Translations under genes and position numbers: made by a program | Shown here: piece by piece, positions 12,506 to 22,036 of the stretch | Numbering within the stretch: the first letter of the stretch is position 1 | Layout of the letters: every line of letters begins with the position of its first letter | Source: a virus | Taxonomy: Duplodnaviria; Heunggongvirae; Uroviricota; Caudoviricetes; Straboviridae | Virus record (IMG/VR): IMGVR_UViG_638275431_000001 | Coordinates: 83,196 to 147,195 of that record | Direction: 5' to 3' (one strand) | DNA length: 64,000 bases | Notes under the pieces: model-generated | Databases searched by the model: none | Told to the model about the DNA's origin: nothing | Seen by the model: the letters and a program-made list of their open reading frames with translations, nothing else

Positions 12506-14056
12506 ATGAAGTTTTTAGATTTGTTTAAATTTTGGGATCGTGTCGATCAAAATGAATATGACGAGCGGCTCAAACAAGGCCACGAATCGATTGCGACTCC
12601 TAAAAAAGATGATGGTGCCACCGAGATTGAAGCTCGCGAGGGAGAATCATCATATAACGCTCTAATGCAACAATTTTTTGGTATCGATAACAACATTTCT
12701 GGTACCAAGGACCTCATAAACACATATCGTCAACTCACGAATAATCCTGAAGTTGAACGAGCTGTAGCAAATATCGTAAATGAAGCTGTTGTTTATGAAA
12801 AGGGTCACAAAGTAGTATCTCTTGATTTGGATGATACCGAATTTAGTTCATCTATCAAAGACAAAATTTTAGAAGAGTTTGATGAAATTTGCAGATTGTT
12901 AGATGCATCTCGCAAACTCGACACGTTATTCCGCAGATGGTATATTGACTCTCGTATATTCTTTCATAAAATAATGCCTAATCCTAAAGAAGGCATTGTT
13001 GAATTGCGTAGGTTAGACCCACGCCATGTTGAATATTATCGCGAAATTGTCACATCTGATGTTGGTGGTACTTCGGTAGTAAAAGGCTATCGTGAATTTT
13101 TTGTTTATACTACCGGCAATGAAGGTTATGCTTATAACGGCAGACTGTTTGAACCAAATACCCGCATTAAAATTCCGAGAAGTGCCATTGTATACGCGCA
13201 TTCAGGCCTTCAGGATTGTTCTGATCGTGGGATTGTCGGTTATTTGCATAATGCAGTTAAGCCTGCAAACCAATTAAAACTCTTAGAAGATGCTTTGGTA
13301 ATATATCGTATTACACGTGCTCCGGAAAGACGTGTTTTCTACATTGACGTAGGAAATATGCCTAATCGCAAAGCAACTGAATACGTGAATGGCATCATGC
13401 AGAGCCTGAAAAATCGTGTCGTGTACGATTCAAATACGGGTACTGTGAAAAATCAAAAACGCAATCTTTCAATGACTGAAGATTATTGGCTGATGCGTAG
13501 AGACGGTAAATCTGTTACCGAAGTTACTTCTCTTCCAGGCGCCCAAACAATGGGTGAAATGGATGATGTTCGCTGGTTCAATAAAAAGCTCTATGAAGCT
13601 CTGAGAATTCCTTTGTCTCGAATGCCTCGTGACGATGGCGGAATGGTAATTGGTGGCCAAGATATGGCTATCACCCGCGATGAATTAGATTTCAGAAAAT
13701 TTATTGTTCAGCTTCAACACAATTTTGAAGAAATTTTCCTTGACCCACTCAAAACCAATTTGATTTACAAGAAAATCATATTAGAAAGCGAATGGGAAGA
13801 GCAAATAAATAACATAAAGGTTAATTTCCATCAAGATTCCTATTATACCGAATTGAAAGATATTGAAACTCTTCGACAACGAGTTGACGCTCTTTCTCAA
13901 ATCGAGCCGTATGTAGGTAAATATGTCTCGCATGATTATGTCATGAAAAACATTTTGCAGATGACCGATGAGCAAATTGCTCAAGAGGAAAAGCAAATAG
14001 AAAAAGAGGCGAATGTCAAACGATTCCAAAACCCTGAAAACGAGGATGATTTCTAA
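12506..14056 (+). CDS. gp20: Portal protein gp20
   Basis: YLHNAVKPANQLKLLEDALVIYRITRAPERRVFYIDVGNMP; MTEDYWLMRRDG. Confidence 0.97.
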   Translation: MKFLDLFKFWDRVDQNEYDERLKQGHESIATPKKDDGATEIEAREGESSYNALMQQFFGIDNNISGTKDLINTYRQLTNNPEVERAVANIVNEAVVYEKGHKVVSLDLDDTEFSSSIKDKILEEFDEICRLLDASRKLDTLFRRWYIDSRIFFHKIMPNPKEGIVELRRLDPRHVEYYREIVTSDVGGTSVVKGYREFFVYTTGNEGYAYNGRLFEPNTRIKIPRSAIVYAHSGLQDCSDRGIVGYLHNAVKPANQLKLLEDALVIYRITRAPERRVFYIDVGNMPNRKATEYVNGIMQSLKNRVVYDSNTGTVKNQKRNLSMTEDYWLMRRDGKSVTEVTSLPGAQTMGEMDDVRWFNKKLYEALRIPLSRMPRDDGGMVIGGQDMAITRDELDFRKFIVQLQHNFEEIFLDPLKTNLIYKKIILESEWEEQINNIKVNFHQDSYYTELKDIETLRQRVDALSQIEPYVGKYVSHDYVMKNILQMTDEQIAQEEKQIEKEANVKRFQNPENEDDF

Positions 14057-14266
14057 ATGGAAAAATTGATCGATGCTATCAAATCAGGTGATTTGATTGA
14101 AGCAAAACGTGAATTTAATGCGAAAATGGCTCTTGTGAAAGAGTCAGTATACGCCGAAGAAAAACAAGCCATTGCTCGCGCAGTTGTTACCGAAGGTGAA
14201 AAACCCGAAGATGACGAAGATGATGAGAATGACGACGAAGACGATGAAGATGAAGAGGATGAATAA
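14057..14266 (+). CDS. gp67: Prohead core protein gp67
   Basis: MEKLIDAIKSGDLIEAKREF with an acidic D/E tail. Confidence 0.9.
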   Translation: MEKLIDAIKSGDLIEAKREFNAKMALVKESVYAEEKQAIARAVVTEGEKPEDDEDDENDDEDDEDEEDE

Positions 14267-14689
14267 ATGCTTATTCCATCCGGCTATTCAGCAAATCAAC
14301 AAGTCGTTGAATCTCATTTTGCGCAAGCAGTGATTCGTGTTAAATCCTTGGCAGAAGCCGGATTTAGCACCGATGAAATTATCGGTGTTATTTCCAAAAA
14401 TTCACTTGACGAAACAGATATGTCATTGGCAATGATTGCTGCAGTGGAAAATATTTCCATTTCAGAGGCAATTGTCAGACACGTTAATTCGAAAGGTGAA
14501 GTAACTCGTACCAAAGACCGAGAAACACGAAAGCGCAATGCATTTAAAAACTACTGGGCTAACTGCTGCTCTCACAGGCAAATTGCTCGTAAGGCGGCGA
14601 AAACTAAGCGCTCTCAACCAACCATTGGGATAAAGGCGCAGCGCAAAACAAAACGTGCTTTGAAACGCCGTAAAGCATTGGGGTTATAA
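14267..14689 (+). CDS. gp68: Prohead core protein gp68
   Basis: IVRHVNSKGEVTRTKDRETRKRNAF...RQIARKAAKTKR. Compensated frameshift at ~14546-14580. Confidence 0.9.
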   Translation: MLIPSGYSANQQVVESHFAQAVIRVKSLAEAGFSTDEIIGVISKNSLDETDMSLAMIAAVENISISEAIVRHVNSKGEVTRTKDRETRKRNAFKNYWANCCSHRQIARKAAKTKRSQPTIGIKAQRKTKRALKRRKALGL

Positions 14690-14690
14690 G

Positions 14691-15323
14691 ATGGAAGACG
14701 AGCTGCTAATTGAAGTATGGGGACTTCCCGGCGGCACCTGTTCTGAACTTGTAGTCGAATCAGTGGATGATGGTAAAGGTGCTTTGTACATTGAAGGCAT
14801 CTTTATGCAAGCTAACGTTAAGAATAGAAACGGGAGAATTTATCCTAAAGCTGTTCTTGCCAAAGCTGTCGACGACTATATTGCTACTCAAATAAATTCT
14901 AAACAATCACTCGGCGAAACCAATCATCCTGCAAGGCCGATGCCTGACCCCAATTTGGCTTCAATCATAGTAGAAAAACTGTGGTGGGAAGGCGATAATG
15001 TAATGGGTCGTGCCAGGGTAATTGAAGGCGATTTTGGTCCAGGTGATAAACTTGCTGCCAATATAAGAGCTGGTTGGATTCCGGGAGTATCATCACGTGG
15101 TCTCGGACAAGTTAAAGGTGGCTTTGTTCAGGAAGGTTATCGCCTCACTGTAGCGGTTGATGTTGTTTGGGGGCCATCTGCTCCACAAGCGTACGTTAAA
15201 CCACTAAGGGAGAGTAAAGAACAAGAATCTGAAGCTCCTACAGATGCTATAAATAACAATGTAAGCACACTTAATGAAGCATTCAGCCAATTGGCTAAAA
15301 ACATGGCTTCAATGTTGAACTAA
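14691..15323 (+). CDS. gp21: Prohead protease gp21
   Basis: LYIEGIFMQANVKNRNGRIYP, GETNHP, GWIPGVSSRGLG. Confidence 0.95.
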   Translation: MEDELLIEVWGLPGGTCSELVVESVDDGKGALYIEGIFMQANVKNRNGRIYPKAVLAKAVDDYIATQINSKQSLGETNHPARPMPDPNLASIIVEKLWWEGDNVMGRARVIEGDFGPGDKLAANIRAGWIPGVSSRGLGQVKGGFVQEGYRLTVAVDVVWGPSAPQAYVKPLRESKEQESEAPTDAINNNVSTLNEAFSQLAKNMASMLN

Positions 15324-15335
15324 AGGAAAAACCAA

Positions 15336-16166
15336 ATGTCCCTTAAAGATAAACTGCTGGCTGAATCCAGCGAGAAACTGGGCGCGGTAGCCGTTGAACT
15401 GGACAGTATTTTCGAGTCTGTTCAGCTGGACGAAGCCGTAAAAGAAAATGTCAGTACTGCGTTTGAGCAAGCTGTACGGTCTGCTGCAATCGCACTTGCT
15501 GAATCTCATATTAACGATATTGCCTCTTCAGCTGAAAATCAACTAGCCGAAGGAATTGAAACTGCTCGTGTAGAAGTTGAAACAAAACTTTACGAAGATG
15601 CTGATAAATTTTTAACTCATCTGGGCAAAGAATGGCTGAAAGAAAATGCTCTGCAAGTGAAGACAAATATCAAGTCTGAGCTGTTTGAATCATTTGCATC
15701 TGGTCTCAAAGAACTGTTCATTGAAAATAATGTCACTGTTCCAGAAGAACAAGTAGATGTTATCGATGAACTGAATGCTGAATTGGATGAATCTACAGCT
15801 GAAATTAAATCGCTGTTTGACAAAAATCTGGCACTGGAACAGCAAATTTCTTCACTGAAGAAAGAAAAAGCTATTTCAGAAGCTACTGCAGGTTTGACCG
15901 AGTCACAGAAAGAAAAAGTTCTGAGTCTTGTTGAAGGCCTGGAATATGGTGATAGTTATTCACCAAAACTGTCTGCGATTGTCGAAATGGTTGCTAATTC
16001 TGGTCAAAAGGAGCAAAAACCGATCCAGGAACAAGCATTAAATATTGATGAATCTGCAGCTGCGGTAAACTTCGAACCCGAAGTTATTGTTGAGCAAAAT
16101 GATAACAAGCAGACAAATAATTCCATGGCCGCCTATCTGGCCGCTGCTTCCCGTATGTCTTCTTAA
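15336..16166 (+). CDS. gp22: Prohead scaffold protein gp22
   Basis: Acidic helical protein between gp21 and gp23; KSELFESFASGLKELFIENNV. Confidence 0.92.
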   Translation: MSLKDKLLAESSEKLGAVAVELDSIFESVQLDEAVKENVSTAFEQAVRSAAIALAESHINDIASSAENQLAEGIETARVEVETKLYEDADKFLTHLGKEWLKENALQVKTNIKSELFESFASGLKELFIENNVTVPEEQVDVIDELNAELDESTAEIKSLFDKNLALEQQISSLKKEKAISEATAGLTESQKEKVLSLVEGLEYGDSYSPKLSAIVEMVANSGQKEQKPIQEQALNIDESAAAVNFEPEVIVEQNDNKQTNNSMAAYLAAASRMSS

Positions 16167-16185
16167 TTAAATAAAGGTTATAACA

Positions 16186-17775
16186 ATGTCTCTGAAAACC
16201 AAAGAAATTCTGAACAAATGGACTCCGCTGCTGGAAGGTGAAGGTCTGCCTGAAATTGCTGGTAAAAATAAGCAAGCTCTTGTAGCCCAAATTCTTGAAG
16301 CTCAGGAAAAAGATTCCAAAACCGATCCGGTGTATCGCGATGACAAACTGATTGAAGCATTTGGTCAGTCTCTGATGGAAGCCGAAGTTGCTGGTGATCA
16401 CGGTTACGATCCTACTAATATTGCTGCTGGCCAAAGTTCCGGAGCAATTACAAACATCGGCCCGGCTGTTATCGGCATGGTACGACGCGCAATTCCATCC
16501 CTGATCGCCTTCGATATCGCTGGTGTTCAGCCGATGACTGGTCCTACTGGCCAAGTATTTGCTCTGCGTTCCGTTTACGGCAAAGACCCTCTGGCTGCTG
16601 GTGCTAAGGAAGCTTTCCATCCGATGTATGCTCCTGATGCTTGGCATTCAGGTCTGGCTGCCAAGGGTGCTACCACTTCAAGCGATGGCACTCCGTTTGC
16701 TGCGCTGACTGCTGGTCAAGCTGTTGCTACCGGTGATATCGTTTATCACTTCTTCTACGAGTCTGGTTCAGCTTATCTGCAGAACGTGACTGGCGGAAAC
16801 GTGACTGTCGGTACCAACGAAACTGGTGCTGCTCTGGATGCCCTGGTTTCTGCCAAGATTGCTGCTGGTGAACTGGCTGAAATTGCTGAAGGTATGGCTA
16901 CCTCCATCGCCGAACTTCGTCAAGGATTTAACGGAACCACCGATAACCCTTGGAACGAAATGAGCTTCCGTATCGACAAGCAAACTGTTGAAGCGAAATC
17001 TCGTCAACTGAAAGCTCAATACTCTATCGAACTGGCCCAAGACCTGCGTGCTGTTCATGGTATGGATGCTGACAGTGAACTGAACGGTATCTTGGCTAAC
17101 GAAGTCATGCTGGAAATCAACCGTGAAGTTATCGATTGGATTAACTACACCGCTCAAGTTGGTAAATCTGGTTGGACTCAAACCGTAGGTTCTGCTGCTG
17201 GTGTGTTTGACTTCCAAGACCCGATCGATGTACGTGGTGCTCGTTGGGCCGGTGAAAGCTATAAAGCTCTGCTGATCCAAATCGACAAAGAAGCTAACGA
17301 AATTGCTCGTCAAACTGGTCGTGGTGCTGGTAACTTCATCATCGCTTCTCGTAACGTAGTTTCTGCTCTGGCTCTGGTTGATGCTGGTATCACCCCTGCT
17401 GCTCAAGGTATGGCTTCTGGCCTGAATGCTGATACTACCAAGGGTGTGTTCGCTGGTGTTCTGGGTGGTCGTTACAAGGTCTACATTGACCAATACGCCC
17501 GTCAAGATTACTTCACCATGGGTTACCGCGGTGCCAACAACCTGGATGCCGGTATCTACTACTGCCCATACGTTGCACTGACCCCGCTGCGTGGTTCTGA
17601 TCCGAAGAACTTCCAACCGGTCATGGGCTTCAAGACTCGTTACGCCATCGGTGTTAACCCGTTCGCTGAATCCCGCACCCAAGCTCCTACCAGTCGAATC
17701 AGTAATGGTATGCCTGGTGCTCACAGCGTTGGTAAGAATGCCTACTTCCGTCGTGTATGGGTTAAAGGTCTGTAA
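16186..17775 (+). CDS. gp23: Major capsid protein gp23
   Basis: KWTPLLEGEGLPEI, MVRRAIPSLIAFDIAGVQPM, KSRQLKAQYSIELAQDLRAVHGMDAD, YFRRVWVKGL; strong codon bias. Confidence 0.99.
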   Translation: MSLKTKEILNKWTPLLEGEGLPEIAGKNKQALVAQILEAQEKDSKTDPVYRDDKLIEAFGQSLMEAEVAGDHGYDPTNIAAGQSSGAITNIGPAVIGMVRRAIPSLIAFDIAGVQPMTGPTGQVFALRSVYGKDPLAAGAKEAFHPMYAPDAWHSGLAAKGATTSSDGTPFAALTAGQAVATGDIVYHFFYESGSAYLQNVTGGNVTVGTNETGAALDALVSAKIAAGELAEIAEGMATSIAELRQGFNGTTDNPWNEMSFRIDKQTVEAKSRQLKAQYSIELAQDLRAVHGMDADSELNGILANEVMLEINREVIDWINYTAQVGKSGWTQTVGSAAGVFDFQDPIDVRGARWAGESYKALLIQIDKEANEIARQTGRGAGNFIIASRNVVSALALVDAGITPAAQGMASGLNADTTKGVFAGVLGGRYKVYIDQYARQDYFTMGYRGANNLDAGIYYCPYVALTPLRGSDPKNFQPVMGFKTRYAIGVNPFAESRTQAPTSRISNGMPGAHSVGKNAYFRRVWVKGL

Positions 17776-17811
17776 TTCAAAAGGACTTGGTTCCACAACC
17801 AAGGAATGGTT

Positions 17812-17837
17812 AAGGGAGCCTTCGGGCTCCCTTTTTT
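17812..17837 (+). terminator. Intrinsic terminator after gp23
   Basis: aagggagcc-ttcg-ggctcccttttttt. Confidence 0.85.
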
Positions 17838-17853
17838 GCATAAGGAAAAATAT

Positions 17854-18273
17854 ATGCTGCTAATAAAATCAAATATTCCAGTTATGTCCTCTGTGCATGA
17901 ATCGTCCAAAATGAAATCAATGACATGCCAAATAGTTGTGAATGACACGTCAGCAAAAGCAGATATCGACGGCTCGCTGGATGGAAAAACGTGAATTAAT
18001 TTGGCCAAACTTGATGATAAAATAGCAATCACTGGCTCATTCAATGGTGCAGCACCTGCAAACTCGTTGGAACTCACCGTTAATGCAGGCGTAAATATTG
18101 ATACATTGACTGTCGTCAGAATATCTGGGCAGGCTTCGCAGACAATAAACTACAACTCATTCATAAGTGTTGATAAAAACGGAAATTTTGCCACGAATGG
18201 CGGTACTTTTCAATTGGTTTCATCAACGTCAAATTTCACGATTACACGAGTTCGTATAATCGCCGAACAATAA
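17854..18273 (+). CDS. Hypothetical beta-rich protein between gp23 and gp24, interrupted by one in-frame TGA (17992-17994)
   Basis: RBS AAGGA and ATG at 17854. The 17854-17994 and 18001-18273 ORFs are in the same frame, and the joined reading gives GSLDGKT*INLAKL. Confidence 0.55.
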
Positions 18274-18282
18274 GAGAAAAAT

Positions 18283-19515
18283 ATGAGCAGAATTAACGAT
18301 CTGATTTCTGAATCAACAACTACCGGGGCAAATAGTCAGAGCCGTCCTGCTCTTGTCGGCTTGACCCGGGCCGCAAACAACTTGATTTTTACCGAAATGG
18401 TAGCAATTCAAGAAACTAACATGCCAACCTCCACACTGTACGGTGTGAAATATTTGAACCCTGCTGGTAATCAGTCATTCGCCAGCGCTGCAACTTATAT
18501 GGGTTCAGTCGGATATCGAGATTCGATTCCTCTTGCACAGCTAGACACCCCTATGGTTAAGGGGTATGTTTTCAAAGATTCCAATGATGTAGTTTATTCA
18601 GTCACAAACCCACTGACTTTGACATCATCAACTGGAAACATTGCCGATGCAATCGGTGATGCGGTAATGCTCGGCAATCTGAGAATCAAGTCTGAAGCAG
18701 CATTAGCAGAAGAATTTGAAGGTGCATCATCATTTGTCGAAACTGATTTCAAGTTTGATCGGTGGACAGTTCCAGTTCGCACACGCAAGCTTAAGACAAA
18801 TATAAGTGTCGAGTTGATGCAGGATTTGGAAGCAAATAAAATGGATGGTGTTGGCGTAGTCGATGATGTCCTGTCAACTATGATATCTGAAGATATTAAC
18901 AAAGACATTATTCAGACTCTTATAACCGTTTCGCGCCGTTATAAAGTAGAAGAAATTTCGCCAAATGGAATTCTGGATTTAACCACTAGCACTGACGCCC
19001 CGGTTATTGGAAGAACTCTGTATCAACAAGCGTGTGAAATGAAAAATCAGATGCTGAGAAACACGTCGTATGAAGCGACTTATGTTCTCTGCCAAACTCG
19101 CGTTTCTGCTATGCTTGAAGCATCTGGATGGATGTATGCGAACGAAGATCCTCTTTCGGCAGGGACTCTGCGCAACGGACTAAAAGTGTATGTTGATACG
19201 GTATCGTCATTTGACTATCTGATCACTGGCTGTAAGCATTACGTCAATGATATTGAACATGTAGGTTCGTTGTTCTATTCACCATATATTGAAGCAGATG
19301 ATTTAGGTGCTTATAAAATTATCAATGACTCAACATCACTGCAACCATCTGTTGGCATTATGCTTCGGTATGGTTTATCCATTAACCCGTACACTACACG
19401 TATAGGTCAATCTGGCGAACGTAATGTAACCGGTGATGATTGGGATAACTTGGTAGGTCAATCTGATATGTCATATATGTTAGGTGTGAAATTACCCAGA
19501 ATCATTCCAGTGTAA
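18283..19515 (+). CDS. gp24: Capsid vertex protein gp24
   Basis: MSRINDLISESTTTGANSQSRPALVGLTRA...RTRKLKTNISVELMQDLEAN. Confidence 0.95.
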   Translation: MSRINDLISESTTTGANSQSRPALVGLTRAANNLIFTEMVAIQETNMPTSTLYGVKYLNPAGNQSFASAATYMGSVGYRDSIPLAQLDTPMVKGYVFKDSNDVVYSVTNPLTLTSSTGNIADAIGDAVMLGNLRIKSEAALAEEFEGASSFVETDFKFDRWTVPVRTRKLKTNISVELMQDLEANKMDGVGVVDDVLSTMISEDINKDIIQTLITVSRRYKVEEISPNGILDLTTSTDAPVIGRTLYQQACEMKNQMLRNTSYEATYVLCQTRVSAMLEASGWMYANEDPLSAGTLRNGLKVYVDTVSSFDYLITGCKHYVNDIEHVGSLFYSPYIEADDLGAYKIINDSTSLQPSVGIMLRYGLSINPYTTRIGQSGERNVTGDDWDNLVGQSDMSYMLGVKLPRIIPV

Positions 19516-19545
19516 TCTGGTCAATTTGTAAATTGCAAATACAAC

Positions 19546-19574
19546 AAAGCCCCGACTCGTCGGGGCTTTTCTTT
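19546..19574. terminator. Bidirectional intrinsic terminator between gp24 and the leftward early island
   Basis: aaagccccgac-tc-gtcggggcttttcttt. Confidence 0.8.
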
Positions 19575-19576
19575 TA

Positions 19577-19948
19577 TCAAAACAATTTGAATTTAAATCC
19601 TTTTTCGTATTTCATCATAAAGGACGTAGGAATTTTCGATTCAGGGCTGCCGAATACTTCGACAGTCAAAATTTCGCCAGGATTATCTTTACACCATTGA
19701 CGATAATCATGCGCCAGTTCCCATCCATAGCGTTTCAACATAAACAAGCGAGGCATATCGCTAAGATAACTTTTAGATGGCCAATTTTCCATTGGCTCAA
19801 CTGCCGGAGCACACCCACCGTGTTCAGTGTTTTCATTGAACATTTTGATGACTTTGACAGCAAAGTCACTTTGATTTATCCAGTTCTTGGAAAATACCAT
19901 ATACTCATCGTGTACTATAGCATTTTCAAAACGTTTAGTGCAATTCAT
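19577..19948 (-). CDS. Hypothetical protein (123 aa)
   Basis: Overlaps the stop of the upstream srd-like ORF (ATGA) and ends at the terminator. Confidence 0.7.
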   Translation of the reverse strand: MNCTKRFENAIVHDEYMVFSKNWINQSDFAVKVIKMFNENTEHGGCAPAVEPMENWPSKSYLSDMPRLFMLKRYGWELAHDYRQWCKDNPGEILTVEVFGSPESKIPTSFMMKYEKGFKFKLF

Positions 19949-20472
19949 TTTTTATTTTTCTCCAATTGATAAATTGCTTTGCGCAAAAGTTTGACTTTCA
20001 TATCAGCGGGGATATGCTCTTCGTGAACAAATTGGTCAAGATGAGCCTTTTGGCTGTTTGCACGAGCAGTGACGATTACCACATTTTCCAGCGTGTATCC
20101 GACTTTGGGGTTTATGCGCTCAATAGAACGGCCATGGTCTTTCGGGAAAACAGTACCAGTGTATGCGCATTTTTCGACTTGCATCAATTCAACAAATTGT
20201 TGAAAAGTTATACGCCACTCTAGACCTCGTTCTTCGCAACTTTTTACTTTAACTTGATACGGTTGCAAGTAACGCTTATTTGCACTAAAGAAAGTCATGT
20301 ATTCAATTTGACGAGCAACTTCATCTCGTTCAGCTTGAATTTTTTCTTCAATTTCAGTGTTGCGTTTCTCTCGGAGAATTTCAAAATGATGCTTTTTGAC
20401 AGGTTCAGGAGCTTTGACTGAGGCCGAAGCAATAGCATTGTAGCGTTTAAGCATATCCATTCTAGATGACAT
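19945..20472 (-). CDS. srd: Srd-like protein (T4 postulated sigma decoy; His-Me-finger-like motif)
   Basis: ITFQQFVELMQVEKCAYTG...SIERINPKVGYTLENVVIV matches the recalled T4 Srd pattern LDFNYIKNILDQKVCAYSG...SLERFDNNVGYIKGNVIAV. RBS GGAG precedes ATG 20472. Confidence 0.65.
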   Translation of the reverse strand: MSSRMDMLKRYNAIASASVKAPEPVKKHHFEILREKRNTEIEEKIQAERDEVARQIEYMTFFSANKRYLQPYQVKVKSCEERGLEWRITFQQFVELMQVEKCAYTGTVFPKDHGRSIERINPKVGYTLENVVIVTARANSQKAHLDQFVHEEHIPADMKVKLLRKAIYQLEKNKK

Positions 20473-20540
20473 TTTTAATACTCCGTGAGTTTGGTTTTTC
20501 ACTATGGGAGCATTTTAACCAAACTCACGGAGAATGTACA

Positions 20541-20942
20541 TCACTTTTTGTTGAATTTGTTTAGCAAAGCTTCAAGCTCTTCTCTTGTTGGCCTAGCGGG
20601 CATGTTAGCCGAGGCTCTAGAAATCTCAAGCGATTTCTCGGGAGTCAGTGTTGACGGCAAAGTCTCAAAAGTTTTGTCTTTAGCGCGATTCCGAGCTTTG
20701 AAGCGACCATCATTTTGATGCCGCTTAGGATTCACAAAGTGCTTCCGATACACTACCGGTTCTCGGGTAAGAGCTTCCAGATGATTGTCGCGCATTTCAT
20801 CAACTTCTTTAACGACATCGATGACATTTGTCGCACGAATGTCATACATTTTGGCGATTTGTACGAATCCGTGCTTCATTTCGCGAAACATGAAATGCAC
20901 TTGTACCTTTTCGGCTGACGAAAGCTCAGAAATATTACGCAT
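20541..20942 (-). CDS. Small protein resembling T4 gp24.3 (DUF2774-like)
   Basis: VHFMFREMKHGFVQIAKMY...REPVVYRK pattern; locus downstream of gp24. Confidence 0.45.
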   Translation of the reverse strand: MRNISELSSAEKVQVHFMFREMKHGFVQIAKMYDIRATNVIDVVKEVDEMRDNHLEALTREPVVYRKHFVNPKRHQNDGRFKARNRAKDKTFETLPSTLTPEKSLEISRASANMPARPTREELEALLNKFNKK

Positions 20943-21418
20943 TTTCTTCTTCCTTTTGCTCTTGAATCCAAATATTCAGTTTGGCATAAGCCGACTTGGT
21001 ATTTCAAAGTACGTTCTTGGCCTTTGACTGTAATACCTTTCAGCCGACGAACATCAGAATTGTGTCTAAGATCAAAGCACTTCACTTTCGCTGATCTGAC
21101 ATCCAATTTGACTCGATCGAGATATTCCTCGTATTTTTCACCAGCGCGCTTTGTCAGATTATCCACAAGTTGACGCATTTCGGCGCCAAAAGTGATCTCG
21201 ATCAAATCTAGTGTCTTTGCAACACCCAACGAACTATCCTCTGCACAATCGCGAAGCACGCACAGAATTTGAACATCAACGTCTTCGTTGGCATGTCTAG
21301 CCCAATGCATCAATTTCAATGGGTGCAAAATATACGGATTTCCGCCTTTGTCGAATTGATCAATGTGAACGCCCACGGCAAAACTAATGGCATCTGCGAG
21401 ATCCTTTTGAGATCTCAT
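20935..21418 (-). CDS. RelA/SpoT-type HD-domain small alarmone hydrolase (SAH/Mesh1-like); probable one-base frameshift near the 3' end
   Basis: AISFAVGVHIDQFDKGGNPYILHP, LRDCAED (canonical LHDxxED), LVDNLTK, KVKCFDLRHN. Removing one base near 20990 gives AYAKLNIWIQEQKEEENA* overlapping the next ATG. Confidence 0.8.
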
Positions 21419-21663
21419 TACGAATACCTCATAGTGACTTGAATTGGTCGCGAACGGAACGACTGTGGGAGTCTGGCGCCCTCTTCGATCTTGAGAGTGT
21501 CATTTCCGTTTTCATCGGTTCGATCTTCTGCCGGGCAAATAGAATCAACGTAAGCTTTAATGCCTTCGATAATTTCTTCTTTTGTCTTTGGCACTATCGC
21601 ACCGCTGATAATATGGTCCGGACGGTTTGTTTTGAAATTGAAGTAAGTTGTCGTGAATTTCAT
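21418..21663 (-). CDS. Hypothetical protein (81 aa)
   Basis: ATG at 21663 follows the stop of the upstream ORF (21668); its stop overlaps the SAH start. Confidence 0.6.
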   Translation of the reverse strand: MKFTTTYFNFKTNRPDHIISGAIVPKTKEEIIEGIKAYVDSICPAEDRTDENGNDTLKIEEGARLPQSFRSRPIQVTMRYS

Positions 21664-21667
21664 CTTT

Positions 21668-22006
21668 CTAGTCGCTCGATTTACCAAATGGAATCTGTTC
21701 AACAAAAGCCCAGGCAGCATGGTAAACCGTCGCGCCTGGCGTTTCAGACATAAAGACTGTGTCAACTGGTGCAATAACTCGAAATAGCGTTGGATCGCCA
21801 CCAATAGAACGAGCAGCACGTCTAGCATAAACCTTGGCTAGACCGCGGTCTTTGGTGAAAAACACGCGATCCAAGTTCTTTTTCCGGCCCTTCTCGGAAA
21901 TCGTGTCCGTTGCTTCAGGTGGAAGAAGCATATCACCTTTAAGGCCGAGTGTACAAGAGCCATGATAAAACTCGACATAATCGTCTCTGCAATGGATTGT
22001 TCTCAT
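21668..22006 (-). CDS. Putative Arr-like (H-type) ADP-ribosyltransferase
   Basis: RBS AAGGAG. FYHGS...GDMLLPP...RVFFT...GGDPTLFRV parallels Arr LHGT...GDRLVPG...HIYIT...GRGRIFIV. Confidence 0.55.
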   Translation of the reverse strand: MRTIHCRDDYVEFYHGSCTLGLKGDMLLPPEATDTISEKGRKKNLDRVFFTKDRGLAKVYARRAARSIGGDPTLFRVIAPVDTVFMSETPGATVYHAAWAFVEQIPFGKSSD

Positions 22007-22036
22007 GATATGCTCCTTGGTAGATTTGATGGGACT

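Noticed and set aside
14205-14263. GAT/GAA-rich low-complexity run
   Set aside because: Encodes the normal acidic tail of gp67.
16768-17841. 357-aa antisense ORF overlapping gp23
   Set aside because: Expected shadow of the strong codon bias of a highly expressed gene. It has no recognisable motifs, RBS or promoter.
21664-21828. 5' extension of the 21418-21828 ORF in the track
   Set aside because: It overlaps the Arr-like gene in another frame. ATG 21663, directly after that gene's stop, is the better start.
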